This document shows, piece by piece, positions 29,860 through 41,030 of a stretch of 64,000 nucleotides of DNA. Below the pieces are notes generated by a model. It was given only the letters and a program-made list of their open reading frames with translations. It made no database searches and was not told the DNA's origin. The stretch comes from Enterobacteria phage vB_EcoM_IME341. A program made the translations under genes and the position numbers. The stretch lies in the sequence record MH051917; one strand, 5' to 3'. Each line of letters starts with the position of its first letter. Positions within the stretch are counted from its first letter, which is position 1.

Positions 29860-29916
29860 GGACTGAATTTCATTCTATAAATATCAGTCCATGCTTAACA
29901 GGTTCTATGATAGAAT
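29860..29916 (+). promoter_or_regulatory. promoter region upstream of nrdA: hairpin with TATAAATA in loop plus MotA-box-like middle promoter
   Basis: stem ggactga (29860-29866) / tcagtcc (29884-29890); TATAAATA 29876-29883; TGCTTaA box 29892-29898, 12-nt gap, TAGAAT 29911-29916. Confidence 0.35.
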
Positions 29917-29946
29917 AATTGTAGAACCTAACATATTGAGGAAATT

Positions 29947-32202
29947 ATGCAAGTACAAAAAAGTAGCGGTGTATCCCAAGATTTTGACGCACAAAAAATT
30001 ATTAAAGTTCTGACTTGGGGCTGTGAAGGAACCCAAATCGACCCCTATGAATTATACGAAGAAATCAAATCTCATCTTCGTGATGGTATGACTACCAAAG
30101 ATATCCAGAATCTGACTGTTAAGGTCGCAGCCAACCTTATTTCGGTTGAAGAGCCTGATTACCAATATGTTGCTGCAAAGCAATTGATGTTTGCACTGCG
30201 TAAAGAAGTTTATGGCCAATTCGAACCACGTAGTTTTATCGACCATATTTCCTATTGTGTTAACGAAGGTAAATATGACCCTGAATTGCTGTCTCGATAT
30301 TCTGCAGAAGAAATTACTTTCTTAGAATCTCATATCAAGCATGAACGTGACTTTGAATTGACCTATGCCGGCGCAATGCAGCTTAAAGAGAAATATCTGG
30401 TTAAAGATAAAACAACCGGTAAAATCTACGAGACCCCTCAGTTCGCTATCATGTGTATTGGTATGGCCTTACACCAAGAAGAGCCAGGTAATCGTTTAGC
30501 ACATATTATTCGTTTTTATGATGCTGTAAGTACTCGTCAGGTTTCGTTGCCTACCCCTATTATGGCTGGAGCGCGTACACCGACTCGCCAATTTAGTTCT
30601 TGTGTGGTTATTGAAGCAGGCGACTCGCTGAAATCTATTAACAAAACTGCTAACTCGATAATTGAATACATTTCTAAACGTGCAGGTATTGGTATCAACG
30701 TTGGTATGATTCGTGCTGAAGGTTCTCGTATTGGCATGGGTGAAGTCAAACATACTGGTGTTATTCCATTCTGGAAACATTTCCAGACTGCTGTTAAATC
30801 ATGTTCACAAGGTGGAATCCGTGGCGGCGCTGCTACTGCTTATTATCCTATTTGGCATTTGGAAGTTGAAAATCTGCTCGTTCTGAAAAACAACAAGGGT
30901 GTCGATGAGAACCGTATTCGACATATGGACTACGGAATCCAGTTGAACGACCTGATGATGGAACGTTTCGGTAAGAATGATTACATTACCCTGTTTAGTC
31001 CTCATGAAATGAGTGGTGAGCTTTACCATTCTTATTTCGAAGACCAAGACCGTTTCCGTGAATTGTATGAAGCGGCTGAAAAAGACCCTAGTATTCGTAA
31101 GAAACGTATTAAAGCACGTGACCTTTTTGAATTGTTCATGACTGAACGTTCGGGAACTGCACGAATTTATCCACAGTTCGTTGACAACACTAACAACTTC
31201 ACACCATTTATTCGTGAGAAAGCTCCTATTCGTCAGAGTAACTTGTGTTGTGAAATTGCTATCCCAACTACTGATGTGAATAGTCCGGATGCCGAAATTG
31301 GCTTGTGTACGTTGTCTGCATTTGTGCTGGATAACTTTGATTGGCAAGACCAAGACAAAATCAACGAGCTGGCTGAAGTACAAGTACGTGCACTAGATAA
31401 CCTGTTGGACTACCAAGATTATCCTGTTCCTGAAGCTCTTAAGGCTAAGAAACGTCGTAACCTCGGTGTGGGTGTTACGAACTACGCCGCTTGGTTGGCA
31501 AGCAACTTTGCTTCTTATGAAGACGCTAACGATTTAACTCACGAACTGTTTGAGAGATTACAATATGGACTTATCCGAGCATCAATCAAGTTGGCCGAAG
31601 AAAAAGGACCTTGCGAGTATTATTCAGACACTAAATGGTCTCGAGGCGAATTACCTATCGACTGGTACAATAAAAAGATTGACCAAATCGCAGCTCCAAA
31701 ATACGTTTGTGACTGGACGTCGTTGCGGGAAGACTTGGCTAAACATGGCATCCGTAATAGCACATTATCAGCACTTATGCCATGCGAATCAAGCAGCCAG
31801 GTTTCCAACTCTACAAACGGTATCGAACCTCCGCGCGGCCCAGTAAGTATTAAAGAATCTAAAGAAGGTAACTTCCGTCAGGTAGTTCCTAATGTAGAAC
31901 ATAACCAAGGGCTCTACGATTACGCTTGGACCCTCGCTAAGAAAGGTAATAAACCTTATCTTACCCAAGTGGCGATTATGTTGAAATGGGTATGCCAATC
32001 TGCATCAGCTAACACGTATTATGACCCACAGATTTTTCCAAAAGGAAAAGTTCCGATGTCTGTAATGCTTGATGACCTGCTATATTTCTGGTATTATGGC
32101 GGAAAAAATCTCTATTATCACAATACCCGTGATGGTTCTGGTACTGACGATTACGAAATCGAAACTCCTAAAGCCGACGATTGTGCAGCATGTAAGCTTT
32201 AA
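29947..32202 (+). CDS. nrdA: ribonucleotide reductase large subunit
   Basis: 751 aa; class Ia RNR alpha motifs including C-terminal CxxC. Confidence 0.95.
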   Translation: MQVQKSSGVSQDFDAQKIIKVLTWGCEGTQIDPYELYEEIKSHLRDGMTTKDIQNLTVKVAANLISVEEPDYQYVAAKQLMFALRKEVYGQFEPRSFIDHISYCVNEGKYDPELLSRYSAEEITFLESHIKHERDFELTYAGAMQLKEKYLVKDKTTGKIYETPQFAIMCIGMALHQEEPGNRLAHIIRFYDAVSTRQVSLPTPIMAGARTPTRQFSSCVVIEAGDSLKSINKTANSIIEYISKRAGIGINVGMIRAEGSRIGMGEVKHTGVIPFWKHFQTAVKSCSQGGIRGGAATAYYPIWHLEVENLLVLKNNKGVDENRIRHMDYGIQLNDLMMERFGKNDYITLFSPHEMSGELYHSYFEDQDRFRELYEAAEKDPSIRKKRIKARDLFELFMTERSGTARIYPQFVDNTNNFTPFIREKAPIRQSNLCCEIAIPTTDVNSPDAEIGLCTLSAFVLDNFDWQDQDKINELAEVQVRALDNLLDYQDYPVPEALKAKKRRNLGVGVTNYAAWLASNFASYEDANDLTHELFERLQYGLIRASIKLAEEKGPCEYYSDTKWSRGELPIDWYNKKIDQIAAPKYVCDWTSLREDLAKHGIRNSTLSALMPCESSSQVSNSTNGIEPPRGPVSIKESKEGNFRQVVPNVEHNQGLYDYAWTLAKKGNKPYLTQVAIMLKWVCQSASANTYYDPQIFPKGKVPMSVMLDDLLYFWYYGGKNLYYHNTRDGSGTDDYEIETPKADDCAACKL

Positions 32203-32237
32203 TAAAATCTGATTATAATTGACTCATGGATGAGTCA
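32193..32237 (+). promoter_or_regulatory. putative middle promoter plus 18-bp palindrome upstream of nrdB
   Basis: aGCTTtA box 32195-32201, 12-nt gap, TATAAT 32214-32219; palindrome tgactcat-gg-atgagtca 32220-32237. Confidence 0.35.
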
Positions 32238-32255
32238 CTAACAAATGAGAATAAT

Positions 32256-33395
32256 ATGTCTACAGTTTTTAATACCACCCCAGTTGATGTTTTAGTCGAA
32301 CCGATGTTCTTTGGTTCAGGATTGGGTATTGCTCGTTATGATATCCAACGTCATAAAGTATTCGAAGAGCTTTGTGAAAAGCAGTTGAGTTTTTTCTGGC
32401 GTCCAGAAGAAGTCAACTTGATGATGGATGCTGCTCAATTTAATAAGCTTCCACAGTTCCAACAAAATATTTTTACAAATAACCTGAAGTATCAATCACT
32501 TCTGGATAGTATCCAAGGACGTGCTCCTTCTGCTGCACTCCAAGCCTTGATTTCAGACCCTAGCCTTGATACTTGGGTGGCAACATGGACCTTTAGTGAA
32601 ACCATTCACTCTCGTTCATATACCCATATCATGCGTAACCTCTATACAGACCCATCTAAGGTATTTGATGAAATTCTGTTAGATGACGCTATCATGAAAC
32701 GGGCTGAATCTATTGGTCGTTATTATGATGATGTCATTGAGAAAACTCGCCTTTATCAGAATGCTTTAGAAGAATATCATGAGTTTAGCGAAGGCGTAAA
32801 ACAGGCCAAATACGAACTAATGCGTTCTCTTTATCTTTGCCTGCATGTAATCAACGCCCTAGAAGCTATTCGTTTTTATGTATCTTTTGCATGTACCTTT
32901 AACTTCCATAAAAACATGGAAATCATGGAAGGTAATGCTAAGATTATGAAGTTCATTGCACGTGATGAACAGCTCCACCTTAAAGGCACCCAGTACATTA
33001 TTCGTCAGCTTCAACTTGGTACTGATGGCGACGAATGGGTTAAAATTGCTCAAGAGTGTGAACAGGAAGCGGTTGATATTTTCATGGAAGTTAACCGTCA
33101 AGAAAAAGAATGGGCCGCCCACCTGTTCAAAGATGGTACTTGCCCTGGATTAAATACTCAGAACATGGGTGCTTTTGTCGATTACCTGACAGTTTCTCGT
33201 ATGAAGCAATGTGGCTTACCGTGTCCTATTACTGATGCTCCTACTCGCCATCCTTATCCTTGGATTCGCGAATACCTGAACTCTGATGCTGTACAGGCTG
33301 CTCCTCAGGAAGTGGAAATCAGTTCTTACCTTGTAGCACAAATTGATAACGATGTTGATGAAAAAGTAATGGCATCGTACAAGAAATATTTTTAA
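32256..33395 (+). CDS. nrdB: ribonucleotide reductase small subunit (uninterrupted, no intron)
   Basis: MSTVFNT start as in T4 NrdB; continuous ORF; track start 32226 lies inside the palindrome. Confidence 0.9.
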   Translation: MSTVFNTTPVDVLVEPMFFGSGLGIARYDIQRHKVFEELCEKQLSFFWRPEEVNLMMDAAQFNKLPQFQQNIFTNNLKYQSLLDSIQGRAPSAALQALISDPSLDTWVATWTFSETIHSRSYTHIMRNLYTDPSKVFDEILLDDAIMKRAESIGRYYDDVIEKTRLYQNALEEYHEFSEGVKQAKYELMRSLYLCLHVINALEAIRFYVSFACTFNFHKNMEIMEGNAKIMKFIARDEQLHLKGTQYIIRQLQLGTDGDEWVKIAQECEQEAVDIFMEVNRQEKEWAAHLFKDGTCPGLNTQNMGAFVDYLTVSRMKQCGLPCPITDAPTRHPYPWIREYLNSDAVQAAPQEVEISSYLVAQIDNDVDEKVMASYKKYF

Positions 33396-33400
33396 GGAAT

Positions 33401-33414
33401 GGGGCTTCGGCCCC
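33401..33414 (+). other. UUCG hairpin GGGGC-TTCG-GCCCC immediately upstream of denA
   Basis: 5-bp GC stem with ttcg loop between nrdB stop and denA ATG. Confidence 0.5.
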
Positions 33415-33422
33415 TTATTGCT

Positions 33423-33836
33423 ATGAAAGAAATCGCAGACGAATTTAGCTTTATCAAGTACGTCACCCTAGAACTCCAAGATGACGCCACCATAGCTCCA
33501 CTCACAGTACCAAATAAACAAAATGTCATATATGCTATAGCGGTTGATGATATACTAGTCTACATCGGGAAGACTAAAAATCTTCGTAAGCGCATCAACT
33601 ACTACCGAACCGCTATTAATCGTAAGGACCAAACGTCAGATTCGACTAAGTCCATTCTGATTCATGAAGCATTAATGGCAGGTAAAAAGGTAGAGTTCTA
33701 TGCACGGCAGTGCTTTAATCTGTCGATGACTAACGAACTTGGAACTATGTCAGTTGAGACCATGTCTCTTGAAGAGCCAATGTTCATAAAGAAATTTAAT
33801 CCACCTTGGAATACCCAACATAGGATAAAGCAATGA
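33423..33836 (+). CDS. denA: endonuclease II (GIY-YIG family)
   Basis: MKEIADEFSFIKY..NVIYAIAVDDILVYIGKTKNLRKRINYYRTAINRKD closely matches recalled T4 EndoII. Confidence 0.85.
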   Translation: MKEIADEFSFIKYVTLELQDDATIAPLTVPNKQNVIYAIAVDDILVYIGKTKNLRKRINYYRTAINRKDQTSDSTKSILIHEALMAGKKVEFYARQCFNLSMTNELGTMSVETMSLEEPMFIKKFNPPWNTQHRIKQ

Positions 33837-34981
33837 TTGAATTATATGATAACTTGATGGCCCTGGTTAAAAACTCGACTAAATCTAAGTTCTTCTTTAA
33901 AGACTTTCAGAGTGCGCTAGGAGTCAACTATCGCATCTTTAGTTATAACTATGCATCGTACAGTGATTGGTTGGAAGACGGCGCCCTAGAGTGTCGAGGC
34001 ATTATGTTTGAAATGGACGAGAATGGTCCGGTACGTATTGCTGCTCGTCCTATGCAAAAGTTCTTTAACCTCGACGAAAACCCTATGACTATCGGTCTGG
34101 ACTTGTCGCCAGAAAATATCGACCTCGTAATGGCTAAGGAAGATGGTTCTCTGATTTCTACATTCATGGACCGACAGTATCTTTCTGTTAAATCTAAAGG
34201 CTCTATCCATTCGTCAATGGTGCACGATTCTTTACGTTTCCTTCGTCTCCCTGAGAACGAGGCTTTTGCCGCACGTCTAGAAGAAATCACCAAAGCCGGG
34301 TATACCTGCAACCTTGAATATGTCGCACCTACCAACCGTATCGTGCTGGCTTACCAAGAAACGAACCTCATCCTGTTAAACGTTCGTAATAATGAAACAG
34401 GTGAGTATATTCCATATGCTGAACTGTTTAAGGACGGCGCGCTGCGTAAGCATTTGGTTGAAAGTTATGACCTCACCGAAGGTGATTTCGTAGAAAACAT
34501 CCGTAAACAAGAGGGTATTGAAGGTTTTATCTTTGTACTGAAAGATGGTACGTTCTTTAAACTCAAAACTGCATGGTACAGTGCACTGCATCATACCAAA
34601 GATTCCATTAACAATAACGAACGTTTGTTTGAAGTTGTAGTGGCGGGTGGAACTGATGACCTTCGTGGTCTGTTCAGTACAGATTCGTTTGCTATCGAGA
34701 AAATCGATGCCTTCGAACGTATCCATTTAGATTACTTAGAACAATCATTGGCTTTGTTGGAAGCAGCTTACTCTCAACTCAAGGGCCGCGACCGTAAAGA
34801 CTACGCTGTTACTGGACAGCTAATCCTTAAGGACTTCCCAGGGTTGTTCTCTATTCTTATGCAGGCGTACGTAGGCGGTATTAATTATGATACGGTTGTA
34901 GACCAGATTAACTCTGTGTTCTTGAAAAACCATAAAGCCCAAATCCCTGAAAAATATTTGAAAGAAATTGCGGTAGAGTAG
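33833..34981 (+). CDS. rnlA: RNA ligase 1
   Basis: 382 aa; YRIFSYNYASYSDW..ECRGIMFEMD..KEDGSL (adenylation lysine motif) match recalled T4 Rnl1. Confidence 0.9.
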   Translation: MIELYDNLMALVKNSTKSKFFFKDFQSALGVNYRIFSYNYASYSDWLEDGALECRGIMFEMDENGPVRIAARPMQKFFNLDENPMTIGLDLSPENIDLVMAKEDGSLISTFMDRQYLSVKSKGSIHSSMVHDSLRFLRLPENEAFAARLEEITKAGYTCNLEYVAPTNRIVLAYQETNLILLNVRNNETGEYIPYAELFKDGALRKHLVESYDLTEGDFVENIRKQEGIEGFIFVLKDGTFFKLKTAWYSALHHTKDSINNNERLFEVVVAGGTDDLRGLFSTDSFAIEKIDAFERIHLDYLEQSLALLEAAYSQLKGRDRKDYAVTGQLILKDFPGLFSILMQAYVGGINYDTVVDQINSVFLKNHKAQIPEKYLKEIAVE

Positions 34982-35032
34982 TTTACATCTCCTCATGATG
35001 TGTTAGTATAGACTTACCAACTAATGAGGAGA
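34981..35032 (+). promoter_or_regulatory. early promoter in stem-loop (PeSL-type)
   Basis: GTTTAC 34981-34986, TAGTAT 35004-35009, spacer 17; 9-bp stem tctcctcat (34988-34996) / atgaggaga (35024-35032). Confidence 0.6.
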
Positions 35033-35039
35033 AAACAAA

Positions 35040-35540
35040 ATGAATATGCAAATGATTACTAACGAAATGGTTGTTAAGGCTTTTGGTGACTCTACTGACG
35101 GTATCCAAGTTTTTAAAGGTTCTCGTGCAGTAGGTTACCTGACCGATCTTCGTGTTACTTTAGCTAAAAATGCTAAAAAGAAAATCAAGCAAAAAGAATA
35201 CTCTACCCGTTATGCAGAAGAAAAGCGTGAAGCCATGCCTGAAGCTGTTAACTCTATGGTTGAGTTTCTCCAAAACAACCTTTCCAAGTACGATGCCGAG
35301 GTATTCATTAATATTAGCCAACCTAATGTTAAAATCTCAGGCATCACTTTCTATTTGATTTGTGACCCATTAAGCGACAAGTTTAATCGCCTTGGCATTT
35401 CAAGTCCTTACCATACCGCTGAAGAATTATGTTTTATGTTCGAAACGTACAAAATTCAGTGCGAAAATCCTAAAACGGTTCTTATTAATTCCCTGTCACG
35501 TGATGACATCATCGAGATTATTACCAAATGTCTAAATTAA
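35040..35540 (+). CDS. hypothetical protein at alc (unf) position
   Basis: 166 aa between rnlA and the spanins, where T4 alc (167 aa) maps; synteny and size only. Confidence 0.4.
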   Translation: MNMQMITNEMVVKAFGDSTDGIQVFKGSRAVGYLTDLRVTLAKNAKKKIKQKEYSTRYAEEKREAMPEAVNSMVEFLQNNLSKYDAEVFINISQPNVKISGITFYLICDPLSDKFNRLGISSPYHTAEELCFMFETYKIQCENPKTVLINSLSRDDIIEIITKCLN

Positions 35541-35881
35541 GTATTTACCTTTTAGCTGGAGCCATTGCAGTAGGTGCTTACGGTTTTATTTCGTATCAAT
35601 CAAGTCGTATTGATACCCTTACTGAAGAACTGAAAACTACCCAGCAAACGGCCAAACAGAATGCCGAAGCCGTGGATGACCTACGTGGCCAATACTCGGA
35701 TATTGAATTCCGCACTACTGAAATGAATGCCCGATTGGATAAAATTAAGGTAGAAAATGAAAAGCTCCGTAAAGATTCGAAGAAGGCGCACGTGGTGGCA
35801 AGTAAGCCAGGACTGGTCGAAAAACAAATCAACAAGTCCTTCGATTCCTTTACAGAAGACTTCAGGAGCATTACAGAATGA
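35528..35881 (+). CDS. i-spanin (Rz-like)
   Basis: 117 aa; N-terminal TM helix followed by coiled coil; paired with downstream lipoprotein ORF. Confidence 0.7.
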   Translation: MSKLSIYLLAGAIAVGAYGFISYQSSRIDTLTEELKTTQQTAKQNAEAVDDLRGQYSDIEFRTTEMNARLDKIKVENEKLRKDSKKAHVVASKPGLVEKQINKSFDSFTEDFRSITE

Positions 35882-36168
35882 TTAAATTATCTGTAGTAGT
35901 ATTATCTATTGGCATGTTAGTTGGATGTGCCCAGGACATCCCTGTAGTGCCTAAGCAACAACTGCATCCTTCATGGCCACAACCTATTGCCGAACATAAT
36001 GTTAAGTGGCAGGTTAAGGTAATCGACGGTAAGGCCTGGGTTGGAATGCCGTTTGAAGATTCCCAAGAACATCGTATTTGGTTGAATGACGTAAAAAGAT
36101 ATGTACAAGACCAGAAATCTATGTTATGTTATTATCGTTCCGGGTTAAAAGAGGAGAAGTGCAAATGA
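35878..36168 (+). CDS. o-spanin (Rz1-like outer-membrane lipoprotein)
   Basis: 96 aa; signal peptide with lipobox LVGC; overlaps i-spanin stop. Confidence 0.7.
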   Translation: MIKLSVVVLSIGMLVGCAQDIPVVPKQQLHPSWPQPIAEHNVKWQVKVIDGKAWVGMPFEDSQEHRIWLNDVKRYVQDQKSMLCYYRSGLKEEKCK

Positions 36169-36269
36169 TTGAGTGTAGTCTTGGTTGGGATGCCGTTAGA
36201 TTAGCTATCGCATTCTTTTGCTTCGGGATTGCGTTCAGTATGTGTATTGATGGTCTTTTTGGAAAGTAG
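36165..36269 (+). CDS. small membrane peptide (34 aa)
   Basis: MIECSLGWDAVRLAIAFFCFGIAFSMCIDGLFGK; ATG overlaps o-spanin stop. Confidence 0.25.
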   Translation: MIECSLGWDAVRLAIAFFCFGIAFSMCIDGLFGK

Positions 36270-36303
36270 TTTACAAACTCTTGGGAGCAGAGTATAATGC
36301 TCC
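36269..36303 (+). promoter_or_regulatory. early promoter with -10 in hairpin
   Basis: GTTTAC 36269-36274, TATAAT 36293-36298; stem ggagca (36284-36289) / tgctcc (36298-36303). Confidence 0.55.
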
Positions 36304-36333
36304 TACGGATTATAAAAAATTGAGGAAATTATT

Positions 36334-36812
36334 ATGACTTTACGTGATAACAGTTTTGTGGCTAAGCCTGAATACATTTCAGGTGTTAAATCTCCTGCAT
36401 TACAAAAGCTCCTTAAGCTAGGGTCCTGTGCAAGTACACCACTTGAAAAGAAGGCAACTTTCGATTTTGCTTGGGCTATGGTAGACGGTATTGATGTAGT
36501 AAGACAGGTAACTTTTTATGCTCCAGGGTCTATTGAGCCTTCGCAGATTATTAATTTGGATGGAAGTAATTATATTACCATCCAACAATGGTATCGTATG
36601 ATGCGCCCGGTTTGGGAATACCCTGAATTCGTTGAAGAATATAATGAAAAAGAACGTATTCGTGAATTGGTGAAAAGTTTTGAATATGCGGCTAAACGCC
36701 ATGGTCAAATGCAATCCGCAGTAACCCTTGGCGATGTTCCTGAAAGTGTTGCTTACGAATCAGGTAAAACCCTTAAAACTTGCCGTGAAGAACTTTATAA
36801 GGAACTTGGCGT

Positions 36813-36816
<4 letters not shown>
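36334..36816 (+). CDS. hypothetical protein
   Basis: 160-aa ORF, SD tgaggaaatt. Confidence 0.45.
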
Positions 36817-38016
<1,200 letters not shown>

Positions 38017-38017
<1 letters not shown>

Positions 38018-38214
38018 TGAATAATATCGAAAAGATTTTTCGTACAATCGAAGAAATTGAAAAACGTAAATGCTTTTTCTTCGGCGTATGGCCTTTAACT
38101 GATGGACGTATTGGCCTGGATGTTATGGACTATAAAGATGAAGACAAGGTCGATGGTGGTATTTTTAAATCCGCTCCTGAACTCCTTGCCTTCTTGGAAG
38201 AACATTATGTATAA
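38017..38214 (+). CDS. hypothetical protein
   Basis: ATG 38017 overlapping pseT stop (TAATG). Confidence 0.35.
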
Positions 38215-38422
38215 CAAACACCATGAAGTTGAAGAAGAAGCTTATAAAGAGCTTCAGAAACTGGTAGGTCAGAATATGTCTCCTACCCTCATTAACTCAC
38301 TAGCGGCCCTTCGTAATGACCTCAACGAACGTTACAAAGGCGAGTACTATGTTGAGTTTGTTCCTCTGACTGAAGTCGTTGACCGGTTTATTGTTAACGT
38401 GAAGGTCCATACAGTACACTGA
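38207..38422 (+). CDS. hypothetical protein
   Basis: ATG 38207 overlapping previous stop. Confidence 0.35.
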   Translation: MYNKHHEVEEEAYKELQKLVGQNMSPTLINSLAALRNDLNERYKGEYYVEFVPLTEVVDRFIVNVKVHTVH

Positions 38423-38429
38423 GGTAATT

Positions 38430-38708
38430 ATGTTCCCCACTTATTCTCAAATTGTTAAAACCGTTTTTAGTCAGATTGTATCTGATTATCTATACGAAAC
38501 CGTCGACGTGTCGACTGAACTAAAAGTGCACGGACGTTTGTCTGCTATTCTGGAAATCATGTTCCCAGATGCAGTTGATGCAATCACTGTTCAACTCACG
38601 CCTGGTGCAGCATTTGCAATTGTTCCATTTAAAATTGATAACCACATTTTGGCTATTTCATGCAAAATGGACTTCCAGAAACAAACGGTAGTTGTCGAAG
38701 CAATTTAA
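38430..38708 (+). CDS. hypothetical protein
   Basis: 92-aa ORF, SD tgaggtaatt. Confidence 0.4.
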   Translation: MFPTYSQIVKTVFSQIVSDYLYETVDVSTELKVHGRLSAILEIMFPDAVDAITVQLTPGAAFAIVPFKIDNHILAISCKMDFQKQTVVVEAI

Positions 38709-38710
38709 GT

Positions 38711-38740
38711 GTTTACTTTCACCAAGGACGGTGATATGAT
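38711..38740 (+). promoter_or_regulatory. T4-type early promoter
   Basis: GTTTAC 38711-38716, TATGAT 38735-38740, spacer 18. Confidence 0.5.
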
Positions 38741-38770
38741 GACCTTACCGAAACAAATGAGGAAATCGAA

Positions 38771-39325
38771 ATGAGTAAGTTCTTTGAAGAGCGTAAGTTT
38801 TACAAGTTCGTTGGTGAATACACTAAAAACAAATTCACTAATAACGGTGCTTATGGCCTCAATACAGCTTTTGCTAAGTATGTGGGTATGAATCCGTTTG
38901 AAGTTGAAATTGATTACCATAATGGGCGTGAACGTGTAAGCCGAATTCGCGTATATGACGAGATGATGTTTGTCGACCCGAGCAAAATGACAGGTAATCC
39001 TGACGATGCAAATAGTGTTCTTTTTAATTCAGCGGGCTTTTTTAGCCATGAATTCGAATACTTTATCGAAGTGGTAGACCCTAAAGAAGTGCAGTTAGTT
39101 TTCCAGAACCCTGAAATCAAACCTATTAAAACTCCAGCCGATTGGAAAGTGCTTATTGTTAAAAATGGTAAGATTGAAGTTCATTCTCGCCATAACACAA
39201 AGGAACAAGCCGATCGTCAGGCTGAAGAGCTTTTGACCAGTTCGTTCCAACAAGTGTGTTATATTGTTAAAGGCGATGTTACCCAAGCTACCACTACCAA
39301 ACAACTTAAGTTGGAGACAATCTAA
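38771..39325 (+). CDS. hypothetical protein
   Basis: 184-aa ORF, SD aatgaggaaa. Confidence 0.5.
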   Translation: MSKFFEERKFYKFVGEYTKNKFTNNGAYGLNTAFAKYVGMNPFEVEIDYHNGRERVSRIRVYDEMMFVDPSKMTGNPDDANSVLFNSAGFFSHEFEYFIEVVDPKEVQLVFQNPEIKPIKTPADWKVLIVKNGKIEVHSRHNTKEQADRQAEELLTSSFQQVCYIVKGDVTQATTTKQLKLETI

Positions 39326-39561
39326 TGCTGAGCGAAAACCCTATTACTGTAGAGCAGTTCCACGTTAAAGTTAAAGAATTTGCTCAGGCCCTGATTAATA
39401 AGGTTTCTGTACGTTTTCCTGATGCAACTCTGCGAGTAATTCAGGAATCACCGCGTGCGGTATTGGTTATCGTTAATCCTAAAGACGGCGACCAGATTAC
39501 CCAATTGAAACTTGGTTCTGATGGTCTGGTCGAAGCACAGCGGGTTTATATTGATGCTTAA
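39325..39561 (+). CDS. hypothetical protein
   Basis: 78-aa ORF, ATG overlaps previous stop. Confidence 0.4.
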   Translation: MLSENPITVEQFHVKVKEFAQALINKVSVRFPDATLRVIQESPRAVLVIVNPKDGDQITQLKLGSDGLVEAQRVYIDA

Positions 39562-39892
39562 TTTAAAACTAGCAGTTAATGCCACCTTACAATCTGACGA
39601 AGACGGAGACCATCGAGGTCTCTCTGAAAAGGCTACTCAGTACATCAAAGACCTTTTTAAACTGAGTGAAGATTTCCAAAGCATCCATACTTCAACATAT
39701 GATGCTGTGCTGGCTACTGTTCTTCCGGTTGAAATTGGTGATCGAATTCCGGCGGCGGTATTTTTCGATAAACAAAAACGCTTCCCAGACGGTTATGGTA
39801 TATTAACCTCACGTGTGAAATCTATCACTAAACTTCGTACCGATTTATATCGTGTCGAAACCAATAATACAGCTTATCTAGTGGTGATGTAA
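39554..39892 (+). CDS. hypothetical protein
   Basis: ATG 39554 overlapping previous stop (ATGCTTAA). Confidence 0.4.
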   Translation: MLNLKLAVNATLQSDEDGDHRGLSEKATQYIKDLFKLSEDFQSIHTSTYDAVLATVLPVEIGDRIPAAVFFDKQKRFPDGYGILTSRVKSITKLRTDLYRVETNNTAYLVVM

Positions 39893-40437
39893 TGAAAGCA
39901 AGCACATACCTTCAGATTGCATATCTGATTTCTCAAGAATCAAAATGTTGTTCATGGAAAGTGGGTGCGGTTATCGAAAAGAATGGTCGCATTATCTCTA
40001 CAGGCTATAACGGTTCACCGTCTGGTGGTGTTAACTGTTGTGACCACGCTGTAGAACAGGACTGGACTCGTGTTGTGTATGACCCAGCTCGAATGTCGCA
40101 TAAATCCGTTCTTCTTAAAGAACACCGTATGGCTCACGCTGCATGGTCATCTAAAAATGAAATCCATGCTGAACTGAATGCTATTTTGTTTGCAGCTCGT
40201 ACCGGAAGTTCTATTGATGGCGCTACGATGTACGTGACGTTATCTCCGTGCGCTGATTGTGCTAAGTCTATTGCGCAGTCTGGAATTAAAACATTGGTTT
40301 ATGCTGAGCTCTATGACCGAAATCCTGAAGGTTGGGACGATATCCTCCGTGAATCAGGCATCGAAGTTATCCAGTATAATCGTACAGGGCTCCGTTCTTT
40401 GAACTGGGAATCAATTCAAAACTATTGTGGTGAATAA
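39892..40437 (+). CDS. cd: dCMP deaminase
   Basis: 181 aa; CSWKVGAVIEKNGRIISTGYNG, HAE and SPCxDC zinc-binding motifs match recalled T4 Cd. Confidence 0.9.
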   Translation: MKASTYLQIAYLISQESKCCSWKVGAVIEKNGRIISTGYNGSPSGGVNCCDHAVEQDWTRVVYDPARMSHKSVLLKEHRMAHAAWSSKNEIHAELNAILFAARTGSSIDGATMYVTLSPCADCAKSIAQSGIKTLVYAELYDRNPEGWDDILRESGIEVIQYNRTGLRSLNWESIQNYCGE

Positions 40438-40670
40438 TGAAATTTCGTCTAGTTAAGTTTTCAGGTCTGAACTCAAAAGGTGAAAACCTGGTAGCCTATT
40501 CAGTAGAATACAAAAAGTACTTTTTCTCTCGATGGAAATCGTACTATAAATCCGAGTGGGTTTATGCCAACATGAATTACAAAACAGTACCTATTCTTGA
40601 AAATTGCCATAGTCTATTAAGAGCTCTAAAAGAGCGTAATGCAACCACTATTAAAACTATTCTGGAATAA
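40437..40670 (+). CDS. hypothetical protein
   Basis: 77-aa ORF overlapping cd stop. Confidence 0.4.
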   Translation: MKFRLVKFSGLNSKGENLVAYSVEYKKYFFSRWKSYYKSEWVYANMNYKTVPILENCHSLLRALKERNATTIKTILE

Positions 40671-40672
40671 TT

Positions 40673-40972
40673 ATGATTTTAACTGAACAAGAAACAATTC
40701 GTCTCCGTGAAAAAGTCAAGACTATTTTGTCTGTTGGTTTTCACGAAGTCCTGTTTGAAAAAGCCGATGGTAGTGCCCGTCGTATGACTTGCACACGTGA
40801 CTTAGACCTGCTGCCGTATAAAGAAGTCCAGGCCCCTGGGCCAGAAGCCAATAAAGAACCTGTTAATTATATCAGAGTATTTGATACCAAGGCCAATGAT
40901 TGGCGCTCATTCCGTTTCGATAAGCTGATTTCTGTTAACGGCCTTCAGTCCGAAACTCTGCTTGTCCTGTAA
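40673..40972 (+). CDS. hypothetical protein
   Basis: 99-aa ORF. Confidence 0.4.
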   Translation: MILTEQETIRLREKVKTILSVGFHEVLFEKADGSARRMTCTRDLDLLPYKEVQAPGPEANKEPVNYIRVFDTKANDWRSFRFDKLISVNGLQSETLLVL

Positions 40973-40999
40973 TATGCTTTAAGAATAGCGTGTTATTAT
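40973..40999 (+). promoter_or_regulatory. MotA-dependent middle promoter for gene 31
   Basis: perfect MotA box taTGCTTtA (40973-40981), 12-nt gap, TATTAT (40994-40999). Confidence 0.5.
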
Positions 41000-41030
41000 T
41001 AATCTATCAACAAAACAATATGGATTAAAT

